A DNA stretch of 64,000 nt. Source: Candidatus Enterousia sp. Lineage in GTDB: Bacteria > Pseudomonadota > Alphaproteobacteria > Rs-D84. Position 1 is the first letter of the stretch; the number at the start of each line of letters is the position of its first letter. The position numbers and the translations under genes are program-made. The DNA is taken from assembly GCA_045593065.1 (NCBI GenBank), contig JAZNVZ010000007.1:89724-153723 (forward strand), given 5' to 3'. Under the pieces are notes generated by a model. The model saw only the letters and a list, made by a program, of their open reading frames with translations, did not search any database and was not told where the DNA came from. This document shows positions 36,135 to 45,812 of this stretch, piece after piece.

Positions 36135-38582
36135 ATGGCAAACACAATAAAAGAAAAAATTAAAGAAACATTTTATGATACCCCTGTGGCAATTCGTTGG
36201 ATGCTGTTGGGTGCGGCTTTTATTGTCGTGTTGATATTAATATCACTGGTAATCAACAAACCAAAACACCAAAATAAAATCGTATCTGCTGATAAAAATG
36301 TTAATTTAATTATCAATCCAGATTCTGCTGAAATGTTGGCGATTCCTGTGGGCGGCAAAGAATCCAGGGTATTTAACATCAAATCAACTGATGCCGTTGT
36401 TATTGATTCTGTCAAAATCCAAGATTCTGTTGACGGTTTTTCTATATTAAACGCATGTCAAGGTGATGCAGGGTCGATTAATCAAAACATTGGATGTAAA
36501 ATAACCGCGGTGTTTGCACCCGCAAACGCAAACATTTCGGGGCAAGTCAAACTGATTATCACATGGCACGACAGCGAAGATTTAGGCGATTTAAACAAAC
36601 GCACAGACACAATAAATGTAAATGTGGGTGTCAAAGCCGACCCAGAACCAATTAATATACAACCGTCAAAACCGGCGGTATTACCTGAACCAGAACCGGA
36701 ACCCGAATTGGAACCGGAACCGGAATTTGAACCAGAACCCGAACCCGCACCGGTTGGAACGAAACCTGTTTTAGAAAAACCTGCGCCTGTAGAAAAATCT
36801 GCATCTGCGCGGAAACGCGTGGAAAGATGTTCCGATTTTGCTATGCCAGGATACAGTAATGCCGGCGCGCAAATTGGTTGGATAAAACCAAATGCGGGAC
36901 GTTATGAATTTCACCCTTTTTCCGACAAAGAATGCAATAAACCCACAGGAATTTACAATCCAAATACAGGTATAATTACCAGTATCGACAGCGGTAAAAA
37001 AATTGGAACAGACGCAGATCATGTGGCCAAAAATGTGGATTTGACGGTTGTACCAGCATTAACATCAAAACCAAAAACCACTGGGACAAGTGCATCGACC
37101 GGCACCCCACGCACAGTTGGAAAATCTCAAAATTTAAAAAACGAATTTGCCACAGAACCCGGAATGCACTTGATACAAAAAACAATAAAAGAAGAAACAT
37201 TAAAGGGTTCTGCAGATACGACAGAGGCGGTAATCAATTCACGCCCGTACGACAGAACATTTATATTGCGTCAATTTAAACCAATTCCTGCAACAATAGT
37301 GTCCGAGGTTCGCGCTGACCCATCTGTGTACGGATGTAATAACAAGGATGCCAATGGCAGTTGCGATGGTGGCAGTGGCATTCCTGTCCGCGCAACGGTC
37401 GACAGAAATGTTTATTCTGACAATGGACGCACAATTATCATTCCCACAGGCACATTGTTAATGGGGTATTTAACTGGGGATTTACCGGGACCATATAAAA
37501 CCATTGGTCGTATGCAAATCAAATGGTATCAATTTATTCGTCCAGATGGTGTGGAATTTAATTTTAGCAGTAATGACCAAGACCCGTATTCTGCCGATTC
37601 CCAAGGGCGCGTTGGGGTTCCCGGATATGGCAGTACGGATTATATTGAACAAATGGTTATGCCTTTGTTAACCGCGATGGTTCCTGCGGCCGTTAATATG
37701 ATTGCGCCAATCGCTGACACATTCGTTAATCAAATCGATTTAGATAACAATACTGTTGTGCAATCCGGCAAGGTGCGTTCATCAGAATTAGCCAAGAACG
37801 AGGTTATAACCGCGTGGAATCAGGTTGCACAAAAATTAATCGTTGATGCATTAGATAACACAGTGCCACCATTTTCAATCGCTGCGGGCACCCGTATTAC
37901 CGTATATTCGCCTGTGGATTTAATCGCCACATGCGACAAAACAGAAAACGCTGGCAAAAAATGTGCATTTGAAACTTATAACGCCAATCCACGCCGTCCT
38001 TGGAAAGGTTTAAAAGAGCAAGTAAAGGTGGATTGGAACGATTCATCATGGACAGGGCAAGTGCGTTCGTTTAATCTAGACCGGTTTTGTACAGGTGATG
38101 CCAGCAGCGGCAAAAGAACCGCAGATAACACCCAGGCAGCCGAAATTTCCGCCGCAGGGTATGATTACAGAACCGTATTGGCATATTGCCAATCCCAAAA
38201 TTATCAGGCAAAAAACCAGGCAAAATACGATGCGTATTATCAAAATCTGACCGCTAATGCCAAGAATACGAATAAGGTCGAAGTAAATGAAAATGATGGA
38301 AAACTTTCTGTCAAATATAACGACGAATTTAATAAAAATGTTCTGGGGTTGGAATACGAAACTGATGAAGAGGGAAATGAAACAGGTCTTATAAAGAATC
38401 CATTTGAAAAATCTTCGTCTGTGCCTGCAACAGAATCTGTGGGCAGTTTGGATTGCGATGGCACGGCACCTGATGCAAATGGATGTTGCCCTGGGGAAAC
38501 ATATACCGATATGGGCGACCAAGGATTTAACTGTTGCCCTGCGGGCGGCGGCGATTGTTTCCCACCGTTAAATGTAAATTAA
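36135..38582 (+). CDS. virB10: VirB10-like protein (815 aa) with (PE)n repeat and long Cys-rich C-terminal extension
   Basis: N-terminal cytoplasmic segment plus TM (WMLLGAAFIVVLILISLVI). Pro-rich PEPEPEPELEPEPEFEPEPEPAP. VirB10 barrel-domain motif GRTIIIPTGTLLMGYLTGDLPG. About 230 extra C-terminal residues end in DCDGTAPDANGCCPGETY...NCCPAGGGDCFPP. Confidence 0.65.
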   Translation: MANTIKEKIKETFYDTPVAIRWMLLGAAFIVVLILISLVINKPKHQNKIVSADKNVNLIINPDSAEMLAIPVGGKESRVFNIKSTDAVVIDSVKIQDSVDGFSILNACQGDAGSINQNIGCKITAVFAPANANISGQVKLIITWHDSEDLGDLNKRTDTINVNVGVKADPEPINIQPSKPAVLPEPEPEPELEPEPEFEPEPEPAPVGTKPVLEKPAPVEKSASARKRVERCSDFAMPGYSNAGAQIGWIKPNAGRYEFHPFSDKECNKPTGIYNPNTGIITSIDSGKKIGTDADHVAKNVDLTVVPALTSKPKTTGTSASTGTPRTVGKSQNLKNEFATEPGMHLIQKTIKEETLKGSADTTEAVINSRPYDRTFILRQFKPIPATIVSEVRADPSVYGCNNKDANGSCDGGSGIPVRATVDRNVYSDNGRTIIIPTGTLLMGYLTGDLPGPYKTIGRMQIKWYQFIRPDGVEFNFSSNDQDPYSADSQGRVGVPGYGSTDYIEQMVMPLLTAMVPAAVNMIAPIADTFVNQIDLDNNTVVQSGKVRSSELAKNEVITAWNQVAQKLIVDALDNTVPPFSIAAGTRITVYSPVDLIATCDKTENAGKKCAFETYNANPRRPWKGLKEQVKVDWNDSSWTGQVRSFNLDRFCTGDASSGKRTADNTQAAEISAAGYDYRTVLAYCQSQNYQAKNQAKYDAYYQNLTANAKNTNKVEVNENDGKLSVKYNDEFNKNVLGLEYETDEEGNETGLIKNPFEKSSSVPATESVGSLDCDGTAPDANGCCPGETYTDMGDQGFNCCPAGGGDCFPPLNVN

Positions 38583-38611
38583 AACGCGTGGAAAATAATA
38601 AAACCCAAAAA

Positions 38612-38640
38612 ACACACATCGAACGATGTGTGTTTTTTAT
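38612..38640 (+). terminator. rho-independent terminator after virB10-like
   Basis: ACACACATCG-AA-CGATGTGTGT hairpin followed by a T6 run. Confidence 0.6.
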
Positions 38641-38796
38641 TAAAATAAATCTATTTGTCGATTCGAATCGAATTAGGAAAATATTGCTAAAATGTCTGTT
38701 TTTCGATTCGAATTTCAACCATCGGTTGAAGTATTTGGCATATATATTTATTTTGTTATATAACAACAATGTATAAAAAACAAAAGGAGAATATCA

Positions 38797-39143
38797 TGAA
38801 CAAATTACAACAACAGACCCCCAGTAATATGGAAAAATTTCACAACGCAGAACAAATGTGGTTTTGGTTTTTATATTCTAAATCTGTACAATCCAGATTT
38901 TCAAATAATAAACCAAATGGGTCAAAACACATATGCGAACTGTTAGATGTTGAAACATTAATTACTAAATTATATTTATCAGGAAAATTAACAGCCGAAC
39001 AACTGCAAATCATGAAAAAATTCGGCGATCGGCGGCGCGCACCACACCAATACATCTGGGCAGAAAATCATGCCGCATATTTATGGGCCAGTGCCATGGA
39101 AACATTGGGCGATGCCGCACGCAAAAATGGTTGGATAGATTAA
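38797..39143 (+). CDS. hypothetical protein (115 aa)
   Basis: AAAAGGAGAAT RBS before the ATG at 38797 (the track ORF starts at 38769). No recognisable motif. Preceded by palindromic TCGATTCGAAT repeats. Confidence 0.45.
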
Positions 39144-39167
39144 AATAAATAAAAAGGCGATATAACA

Positions 39168-39521
39168 ATGACTATTATTGGGTTTGCAAAAAACACTTCG
39201 AAATGTTTACCACGCATATTGTGCGGTCAATTCAAACATTGTGCACTGATTACACAACACAACGATAAATTTGTTTTGCATCAATTTGTAAAACGAAAAT
39301 GTATTCGGCGTATTACAATTACAGAACGCGGACTGACCCAACTGGAATCGAATGGTTGGGTTTTTATTTATACAAAATTGCCGATACAATCATTTAATCA
39401 AAATGCATGGACATGTGTGAGTTATGTAAAACACGCAGTTGGAACGCATAATTTTTTAATTCAAACGCCAAATGGGTTATATAAATATTTACAAAAAAAT
39501 CTGCAAAAAAATCTGACATAA
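39168..39521 (+). CDS. hypothetical protein (117 aa), Cys/His-containing
   Basis: ORF downstream of the previous gene, terminated by a strong hairpin. A QNAWTC...H pattern is present but no family could be assigned. Confidence 0.4.
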   Translation: MTIIGFAKNTSKCLPRILCGQFKHCALITQHNDKFVLHQFVKRKCIRRITITERGLTQLESNGWVFIYTKLPIQSFNQNAWTCVSYVKHAVGTHNFLIQTPNGLYKYLQKNLQKNLT

Positions 39522-39540
39522 ATGTCAGATTTTTATTTTA
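39511..39540. terminator. bidirectional terminator (island 3' boundary / bamB-like end)
   Basis: ATCTGACAT-AA-ATGTCAGAT hairpin flanked by A- and T-runs. Confidence 0.6.
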
Positions 39541-40267
39541 TTTCTGTGCCTGTTTCTGCATTAAATTTTTTTCGCCCAACGGTTATAATTTTATTTTCGT
39601 ATTTTGGTGTTTTTGGTCGGTCAACATCAGTGCGCCAATATATCGCACCATCTGTTAATCGAATCGCGTACAGCGCATTATCCAACCCCATAACATACGC
39701 AACATTTTCTAATACAATAAACGGATGACGGGTTCCCACAGATGTACACCATTTTTTATTTCCGTTTGTTGTGCTGATTTTACAGAAAGCGTTCCCCATG
39801 CCGCCTGCATACATCCAATTTTTATCCAACACCAATGGCGCAACAATATCAACAGTTGTCGCACCACCCGTCATGTTCGATTCGCTGTACACATCAGCCA
39901 TCCATATAATATTGCGTGATTTCGATGCAATTTTTACAACATTGCCGGTATTTAATCCCGCATAAACATTATCGCCATCGCATAATGGTTTCGTTTCAAC
40001 ATCCACAGAATTTGGTGATGCAAAACCAACAAATATTTTACGCCCATTCGCATCACGAATCGTGTTTGTATTGTCGATAGTATATTCACATGCCGCCGCC
40101 GTTCGCGTTGGAACGGTATCCGGCAAATCAGGTACCGATTCGTTTATGATATTTTGATTTGTGTTTGGTGCAAATATCGCAGTTCGCACCCCGGGCAAAA
40201 TCGGGTCGTGTGTATCACACCCTGATACCAATACCGTCATCAAAATCAATAACGCATATTTTTGCAT
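39533..40267 (-). CDS. bamB: PQQ-repeat lipoprotein, short BamB-like
   Basis: Lipobox LVSGC. LYAIRLTDGAIYWRTDV-type PQQ/beta-propeller repeats. Located directly downstream of a YfgM-like gene, as in the yfgM-bamB arrangement. At 244 aa it is short for a BamB. Confidence 0.45.
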   Translation of the reverse strand: MQKYALLILMTVLVSGCDTHDPILPGVRTAIFAPNTNQNIINESVPDLPDTVPTRTAAACEYTIDNTNTIRDANGRKIFVGFASPNSVDVETKPLCDGDNVYAGLNTGNVVKIASKSRNIIWMADVYSESNMTGGATTVDIVAPLVLDKNWMYAGGMGNAFCKISTTNGNKKWCTSVGTRHPFIVLENVAYVMGLDNALYAIRLTDGAIYWRTDVDRPKTPKYENKIITVGRKKFNAETGTEIK

Positions 40268-40271
40268 TTTA

Positions 40272-40928
40272 TTATCTCAAAGTTTGGGCAACACCAGAAA
40301 TTTCAGCAGGACAACCATCATCACTGATGATTTTATCCAACCATTTATTCGCAGCATCAGGATTGTTTTCTGCCAAATATTTTTGGGCGATTGTTAACAT
40401 CGCGGTATAATAAAATGGCGATGATTTCGTATTTAATTCTGCCAAATATTTTTCAACATCTGCACCTGACATTTTATCACCATTTATACCAACAACATGC
40501 AAACGCGCCAAATCACGCAAATCACGCGTTTTACCGTTTTCAGCCAATTTTTCTAATTTTGCGACATCTGGGGCAATCATGTATGACTGGAACAGTGCCA
40601 AATCCGCATTTGCACCACGACCCGATTCGCCAATCGATGCCAACGCACGCGCATCCGCACGATCCAGCGCAGTTTCATAATTGACCGCCATCGCCATTTG
40701 ATTTGCACGATATGTACGCACGCCAATTTGATACCCAGCCACAATAATCAATAACGCCAACGCACCACCAATCATCTGTTTAGAATATTTTTTAAAAAAC
40801 GCGATGGTTTTTTCGTTGTTAACATCTTCCCAAACCTCGCGATAAAGGGCGTCTTGGGCGTAATCTTCGCGTGTTTTTTTAGGTTCTGCGGGTTTTAGGT
40901 TTTTTTTCCGCTGTAAAATACTTGCCAT
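40272..40928 (-). CDS. YfgM-like TPR membrane-anchored protein
   Basis: N-terminal cytoplasmic basic segment, single TM (GGALALLIIVAGYQIGV), and a helical Ala-rich periplasmic domain. Lies upstream of the bamB-like gene. Confidence 0.45.
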   Translation of the reverse strand: MASILQRKKNLKPAEPKKTREDYAQDALYREVWEDVNNEKTIAFFKKYSKQMIGGALALLIIVAGYQIGVRTYRANQMAMAVNYETALDRADARALASIGESGRGANADLALFQSYMIAPDVAKLEKLAENGKTRDLRDLARLHVVGINGDKMSGADVEKYLAELNTKSSPFYYTAMLTIAQKYLAENNPDAANKWLDKIISDDGCPAEISGVAQTLR

Positions 40929-40980
40929 TTTTTATCTCCTGTTCTTGATAATTTATAATTTATGATATACTATAAAAGTT

Positions 40981-41895
40981 ATGAAAAAGCAAATCAAGAA
41001 TACTTTACCAGCCACACAAAATACCAGCATTGTCGCCGCACGCGGTGTCAGTGATGAATCTGGGTTGGCACAATATATTCAAAGTATTCAAAAATACCCA
41101 ATACTTTCCGCCGAACAAGAATACGAATACGCAACACAATGGACCAAACACCACGATTCGATTGCCGCAGAAAAATTAGTGGCCAGTCATCTGCGATTGG
41201 TGGTGTCTGTGGCATACGATTTCAAAAACTATGGTATTCCGGTGGCTGATTTAATCGCATCGGGAAACATGGGATTGATGCAGGCATTACAAAAATTTGA
41301 CCCAGAACGCGGGTTTCGGTTTTCAACATATGCAATGTTCTGGATCAAGGCGGAAATTTACGAAACAATTTTAAATAATTGGTCTATTGTGAAAATCGGG
41401 ACTTCGGCAAATCAAAAACGCGTGTTTTTTAACCTGGCACGCGCAAAGCGCGCACTGGGGATTATGGACAACAATTTAAATGACGAACAAACAAAACAAA
41501 TTGCTGAATTTTTAAATGTGCCAGAAACCGATGTTTCTCGTATGTCCCAACGCATCGGTGCGCGCGATGTATCGTTGAATGCACCCGCACATAATGACCC
41601 AGATTCTCACGAAATTCTGGCCAATTTAACAGATGATAAAATCGGTATCGAAGAAAGTATCGAACAATTAGAATTCAAAAAAAAGGGTTATGAATTACTG
41701 CGTAAACATTTGGCCGAATTACCTGAACGCGACCGCGAAATTTTACGCGCACGGCGATTGGGCGACCCGGCTGAAACATTGGAATCTTTGTCGCAAAAAT
41801 ACGGGATTTCACGCGAACGGGTACGACAAATCGAAGAACGCGCATATAATAAACTGCGCGATGCAATATTAAATGAAACAGATGGGGGAAAATAA
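40981..41895 (+). CDS. rpoH: RNA polymerase sigma-32 factor RpoH
   Basis: Sigma70 regions 2 and 4 and an RpoH box-like QKRVFFNLARAKRAL; 304 aa. Confidence 0.8.
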   Translation: MKKQIKNTLPATQNTSIVAARGVSDESGLAQYIQSIQKYPILSAEQEYEYATQWTKHHDSIAAEKLVASHLRLVVSVAYDFKNYGIPVADLIASGNMGLMQALQKFDPERGFRFSTYAMFWIKAEIYETILNNWSIVKIGTSANQKRVFFNLARAKRALGIMDNNLNDEQTKQIAEFLNVPETDVSRMSQRIGARDVSLNAPAHNDPDSHEILANLTDDKIGIEESIEQLEFKKKGYELLRKHLAELPERDREILRARRLGDPAETLESLSQKYGISRERVRQIEERAYNKLRDAILNETDGGK

Positions 41896-42914
41896 TGCAC
41901 AAAATTGCTGTATTGGGGATTTTAACCGTGTTGGCAACCGCAAATTCCGCAAATGCCTTGCAATATTCAACAGGACGCAGCGCATTCCGTTTTAATGCAT
42001 CTGGCACAGCCGGCGTATTTGAACCAGATTTCAAAGATACTTTGTTTTTGGGCGATTTTGAATTGCGTGCCCAGTATAATTATGCCATTGCCGCAGGTCA
42101 AACATTCGGTTTGATTTATGAATGGGATGGCCACGCATTGGATGAACGCGATTGGGCGCACGATGCGTTCGCATTATGGGAATTTCGTGATGTCGGCCGA
42201 ATAGAGGTGGGTCTCACATCGTCTGTGGCACATAAATTAGGGGTTGGAATACCTGATGTTGGCGGATTGCGTGTAAATCATAAACCGTTGTTTTACAAAA
42301 AAATTCGCCCACAAGGAAATGTGATTCCTGATACAACAGTAACAACTGGGCATGATGCTGTGCGTGTGAATTTGGTAACTGTGCCAACTGCATTGGGGCA
42401 ATATGGTGTATCAGCGGCTGGATTTACCGATGAATTTGATTACGCGGTTGATGGCGGTATCAAATTCAGGTTTCCAAACGGCAAATTAAAATCGGCATTG
42501 TCGTTGGGCGGCTCGTTTATGGATAACCCACATAATTATAATTCAACATCATATACACCAGATATTACGGCTGATTGGCGCGCCCAGGGGTCAATCGGGC
42601 TGAATTTGCAATATAACAGTTGGATTGTTGGGACATCTGTGTTGGCAATATACGACAAAAACCCCGTGGGGACGGCTGGGGACGGCATTTCTGGCGGAAT
42701 CGGGGTCAGTTATGATTTGTTGAATTATTCGGCATCGCTGTCTTATATGTATTCAAAAACAGGTATTTGGCACAACGATATGCCTGATTATGATGACCAT
42801 ACGGTTATTTCGTCTGTGCGTTATAAATACAGTGAAAATCTGTCGATGTGGACATCAATAGGTTTAACCACAAAAACACCGTTTGTGTCCGCCGCAATTA
42901 AATTAGAATTTTAA
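41895..42914 (+). CDS. outer membrane beta-barrel protein (putative)
   Basis: Signal peptide MHKIAVLGILTVLATANSANA; amphipathic beta-strand pattern; C-terminal ...AAIKLEF. Start overlaps the rpoH stop (TAATG). Confidence 0.5.
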   Translation: MHKIAVLGILTVLATANSANALQYSTGRSAFRFNASGTAGVFEPDFKDTLFLGDFELRAQYNYAIAAGQTFGLIYEWDGHALDERDWAHDAFALWEFRDVGRIEVGLTSSVAHKLGVGIPDVGGLRVNHKPLFYKKIRPQGNVIPDTTVTTGHDAVRVNLVTVPTALGQYGVSAAGFTDEFDYAVDGGIKFRFPNGKLKSALSLGGSFMDNPHNYNSTSYTPDITADWRAQGSIGLNLQYNSWIVGTSVLAIYDKNPVGTAGDGISGGIGVSYDLLNYSASLSYMYSKTGIWHNDMPDYDDHTVISSVRYKYSENLSMWTSIGLTTKTPFVSAAIKLEF

Positions 42915-42975
42915 CAAAAAATGCCGGCAAATGCCGGCAAATTATTGGGATAAATACACACCACCAGGAGAGACC

Positions 42976-43140
42976 ATGAAATTTATAATTTTTGCCGGCA
43001 TTTTTTCTGTTTTGGCCGGATGCAGCAAAATAAACAACATTGCAACCAATCAAAAAATAAATACCACACAATCCAGCGATTCTGTGCATGACGAACAAAC
43101 CGAGATGCGGGTATTGGTTCCATGGTCGTTAGTTCTGTAA
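42976..43140 (+). CDS. small lipoprotein (54 aa)
   Basis: GGAGAG RBS; MKFIIFAGIFSVLAGC lipobox; followed by a terminator. Confidence 0.35.
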   Translation: MKFIIFAGIFSVLAGCSKINNIATNQKINTTQSSDSVHDEQTEMRVLVPWSLVL

Positions 43141-43153
43141 AAAATCAAAAAAA

Positions 43154-43179
43154 CACCGGCAAATGCCGGTGTTTTTTTA
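43154..43179. terminator. bidirectional terminator (lpxD end)
   Basis: CACCGGCA-AA-TGCCGGTG hairpin followed by a T7 run. Confidence 0.6.
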
Positions 43180-44223
43180 ATCTTTATTAATGTGTTTGCG
43201 TACCCATGCGTAATGACGGAAAAATTCAATCCCAGGCCCCGCCGGATAACCCATCGCCTTGGTATTAGCAGGGATATTTTTAAACACACCACTTTTTGCG
43301 CCGATTTCCACATCATCACCAATATGAATGCCGTTTGAAACACCAACCTGGCCGCCCAATAATACCCGGTCGCCAACCACCGTGCCGCCCGCTAATCCAA
43401 CGCCAGATGCCAAAAAACATTCTTTGCCGATAACCACACCATGCGCAATTTGGCACAAGTTGTCTATCTTGGTGCCTTCGCCAACAATAGTGTCTGTCAT
43501 GGCACCACGATCAATACAAGTGTTTGCGCCAACAGATACCCTGTCGCCCAGGACAACGCGTCCAACATGCGGAATAAACACATTGTGTCCGTTTTGACGC
43601 GTATAACCAAAACCATTTTTACCAATTACCGCGTTCGCGTTTATCACACAATCTGCGCCAACTGTGGCATTTTCAATATGTGCGCCACTCATCACGATGG
43701 TCCCTGGCCCCAATGTAACATTGCGCCCAATATATGCGCCAGCATAAATTTTTACGCCTGGTTCAATAACTGCGCCGCGTTCGATTGTTGCGAATTGCCC
43801 AACATAATTTGTTTTACGCGAACGAAAAAACACACCGCGTTCAACATGGGCATCTGCACTGATACCAAAACGCGGTTTTTCGCGATAAATTTCAGCCAGT
43901 ATTTTTACGATATTTCCACGCGGACTGTCTGTTATTAATAATGTTGCGCCATGTGGAGCATCCTGGATTTGTGCAGATTGTAATAAAATTACACTGGCGC
44001 GAGTATTACGCAAAACATCGATTGGTAAAATTTTAAACGCACTGCTGTTTTGTTCAGTAGAATAAAATGCCAGTTGACCAGGCCGCGCATCCGCAATCGG
44101 CGCAACCCCACTGACCACTGTGTCTGGGTTGCCCTGTAATTCCAGACCGAATTTTGTCGCCAATTCGCCCGCAGTCGTTTTAATACCACGTGGGCCAAAA
44201 ATCGCCTCTATAATTTTCAACAT
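43177..44223 (-). CDS. lpxD: UDP-3-O-acylglucosamine N-acyltransferase LpxD
   Basis: Left-handed beta-helix hexapeptide repeats; LpxD N-terminal domain. Start chosen at MLKIIEAIFG (AAGGA RBS); the track ORF extends to 44268. Confidence 0.8.
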   Translation of the reverse strand: MLKIIEAIFGPRGIKTTAGELATKFGLELQGNPDTVVSGVAPIADARPGQLAFYSTEQNSSAFKILPIDVLRNTRASVILLQSAQIQDAPHGATLLITDSPRGNIVKILAEIYREKPRFGISADAHVERGVFFRSRKTNYVGQFATIERGAVIEPGVKIYAGAYIGRNVTLGPGTIVMSGAHIENATVGADCVINANAVIGKNGFGYTRQNGHNVFIPHVGRVVLGDRVSVGANTCIDRGAMTDTIVGEGTKIDNLCQIAHGVVIGKECFLASGVGLAGGTVVGDRVLLGGQVGVSNGIHIGDDVEIGAKSGVFKNIPANTKAMGYPAGPGIEFFRHYAWVRKHINKD

Positions 44224-44243
44224 ATTTTGCATTCCTTTGTTTG

Positions 44244-45812
44244 TTATTTTGATTTGTGTTTTAACCACATCATTTGCCCAATACCAAATATATTAGATAC
44301 AGTCCAATACAACACCAATCCCGCAGGCATCCAAGCAAACATTATAGTAAACAAAATTGGCATCCATTTCATTGTCTTGGCTGTTTGTGCCGCGATGTCG
44401 TTTGGATTTGATGTATCTGGTTTATTCGATTGCAGGTATTGTTGCAACCACATTGTCGCACCCATCAAAATCGGCAATATAAAATACGGGTCCATTGTCG
44501 CCAAATCATGTATCCATAAAAAGTTCGCATTACGCATTTGCACAGAAATCAACAGCGCTTTATACAACGCAAAGAAAATAGGAATTTGAATCAACATTGG
44601 CAAACACCCAGACATCGGCGATGTTTTGTGCGTTTGATATATACGCATCATTTCCAGTTGCATCCGTTGTCTGTCGTTCGCATATAATTTTTGAATCTTT
44701 TGTAATTCTGGTTGCATTTTTTGCATTGCCAGCATCGACACATAAGATTTGCGGGTCAAAGGCCACATTAAAATACGAATCAATATTGTAAATATGATAA
44801 TCGCCAACCCATAATTCATAACAAAACCATGAATGGCATTAATGCACCACAACATCGGTTGCGCCAAAAACCAAAACCAACCATAATCCATTGTTTCAAC
44901 AATGCCATTAATTGTGGTATTTGCATTTTTCAAAACATTTGCATCACGCGGACCTGCAAAAATATTCGTTGTGATTTGTTGCGCATTACCCGCCGCAACA
45001 TTGACAGGTGCCGCAGCAGATACAACCTCGTACAAATCGCCCTGCTTTTTCATACGCATTGTTTGGTCTGGGGTATCCAGATTCGCGATTGTTTCCCAAT
45101 ACTGGTCAGCAAAACCAACAAATCCGTTTGTTGTTGTGTATGCAAATGATTTTTTATCCATTTTGCCCCAATCATTATGTTCCACATCATTATTTACATA
45201 CGCAATCGCACCGGTATAAACCGCCCCAGATGCGTTGGTATCTGCGGCGCGCAATAATTTTACATATGGCGCAAACGCATAATCGCGTTTAGAATTGTTT
45301 TTAATTGTATCTGTGATTTTTATTAAATAATTATCAATCATAATCGTGCGAGAAAATTCAATACCGTCCGCATTTTTCCACACCATATTATCCCCAGATT
45401 TTGTCCATTTTGTTGTCGCCGTTGGCACCGTGGTCCCAGATGCGTTCAATCCAACCTCTATAAAACCGTTACCGTTAATCAATGTAATTGGGGTATTGTC
45501 TTTTGTGCTTTTGGCAAAATTTTTCAAATCTATATTTGAAATACGCAAACCGCGAACATCCATACCAATCATATCGCCGTTCATTTTTTCCACAGGCACA
45601 TTTGACACATCAACCGTAATCGCCGCATCCGCAGGCGCAGCCACATGTTGTTCTGGTTTAGGACCAATAAACAGTCCAACAATCCACCACGCAACCAAGA
45701 ACAAAAATGTCCACCATAAAAATTTACCAAACCTGGATTGTTTTGGTGCGTTTTTATTTTGTGCCGCCATCCATGCATTAAAACCAGAATTATTATTCAA
45801 ATATTCAACCAT
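44244..45812 (-). CDS. yidC: membrane protein insertase YidC
   Basis: N-terminal TM, large periplasmic domain, and C-terminal 5-TM Oxa1 core (LPMLIQIPIFFALYK). Confidence 0.9.
   Translation of the reverse strand: MVEYLNNNSGFNAWMAAQNKNAPKQSRFGKFLWWTFLFLVAWWIVGLFIGPKPEQHVAAPADAAITVDVSNVPVEKMNGDMIGMDVRGLRISNIDLKNFAKSTKDNTPITLINGNGFIEVGLNASGTTVPTATTKWTKSGDNMVWKNADGIEFSRTIMIDNYLIKITDTIKNNSKRDYAFAPYVKLLRAADTNASGAVYTGAIAYVNNDVEHNDWGKMDKKSFAYTTTNGFVGFADQYWETIANLDTPDQTMRMKKQGDLYEVVSAAAPVNVAAGNAQQITTNIFAGPRDANVLKNANTTINGIVETMDYGWFWFLAQPMLWCINAIHGFVMNYGLAIIIFTILIRILMWPLTRKSYVSMLAMQKMQPELQKIQKLYANDRQRMQLEMMRIYQTHKTSPMSGCLPMLIQIPIFFALYKALLISVQMRNANFLWIHDLATMDPYFILPILMGATMWLQQYLQSNKPDTSNPNDIAAQTAKTMKWMPILFTIMFAWMPAGLVLYWTVSNIFGIGQMMWLKHKSK

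Noticed and set aside
38076-38522. 148-aa minus-strand ORF (Cys/Ile-rich) inside the virB10-like gene
   Set aside because: It is antisense to the VirB10-like coding region and is of low-complexity hydrophobic composition.
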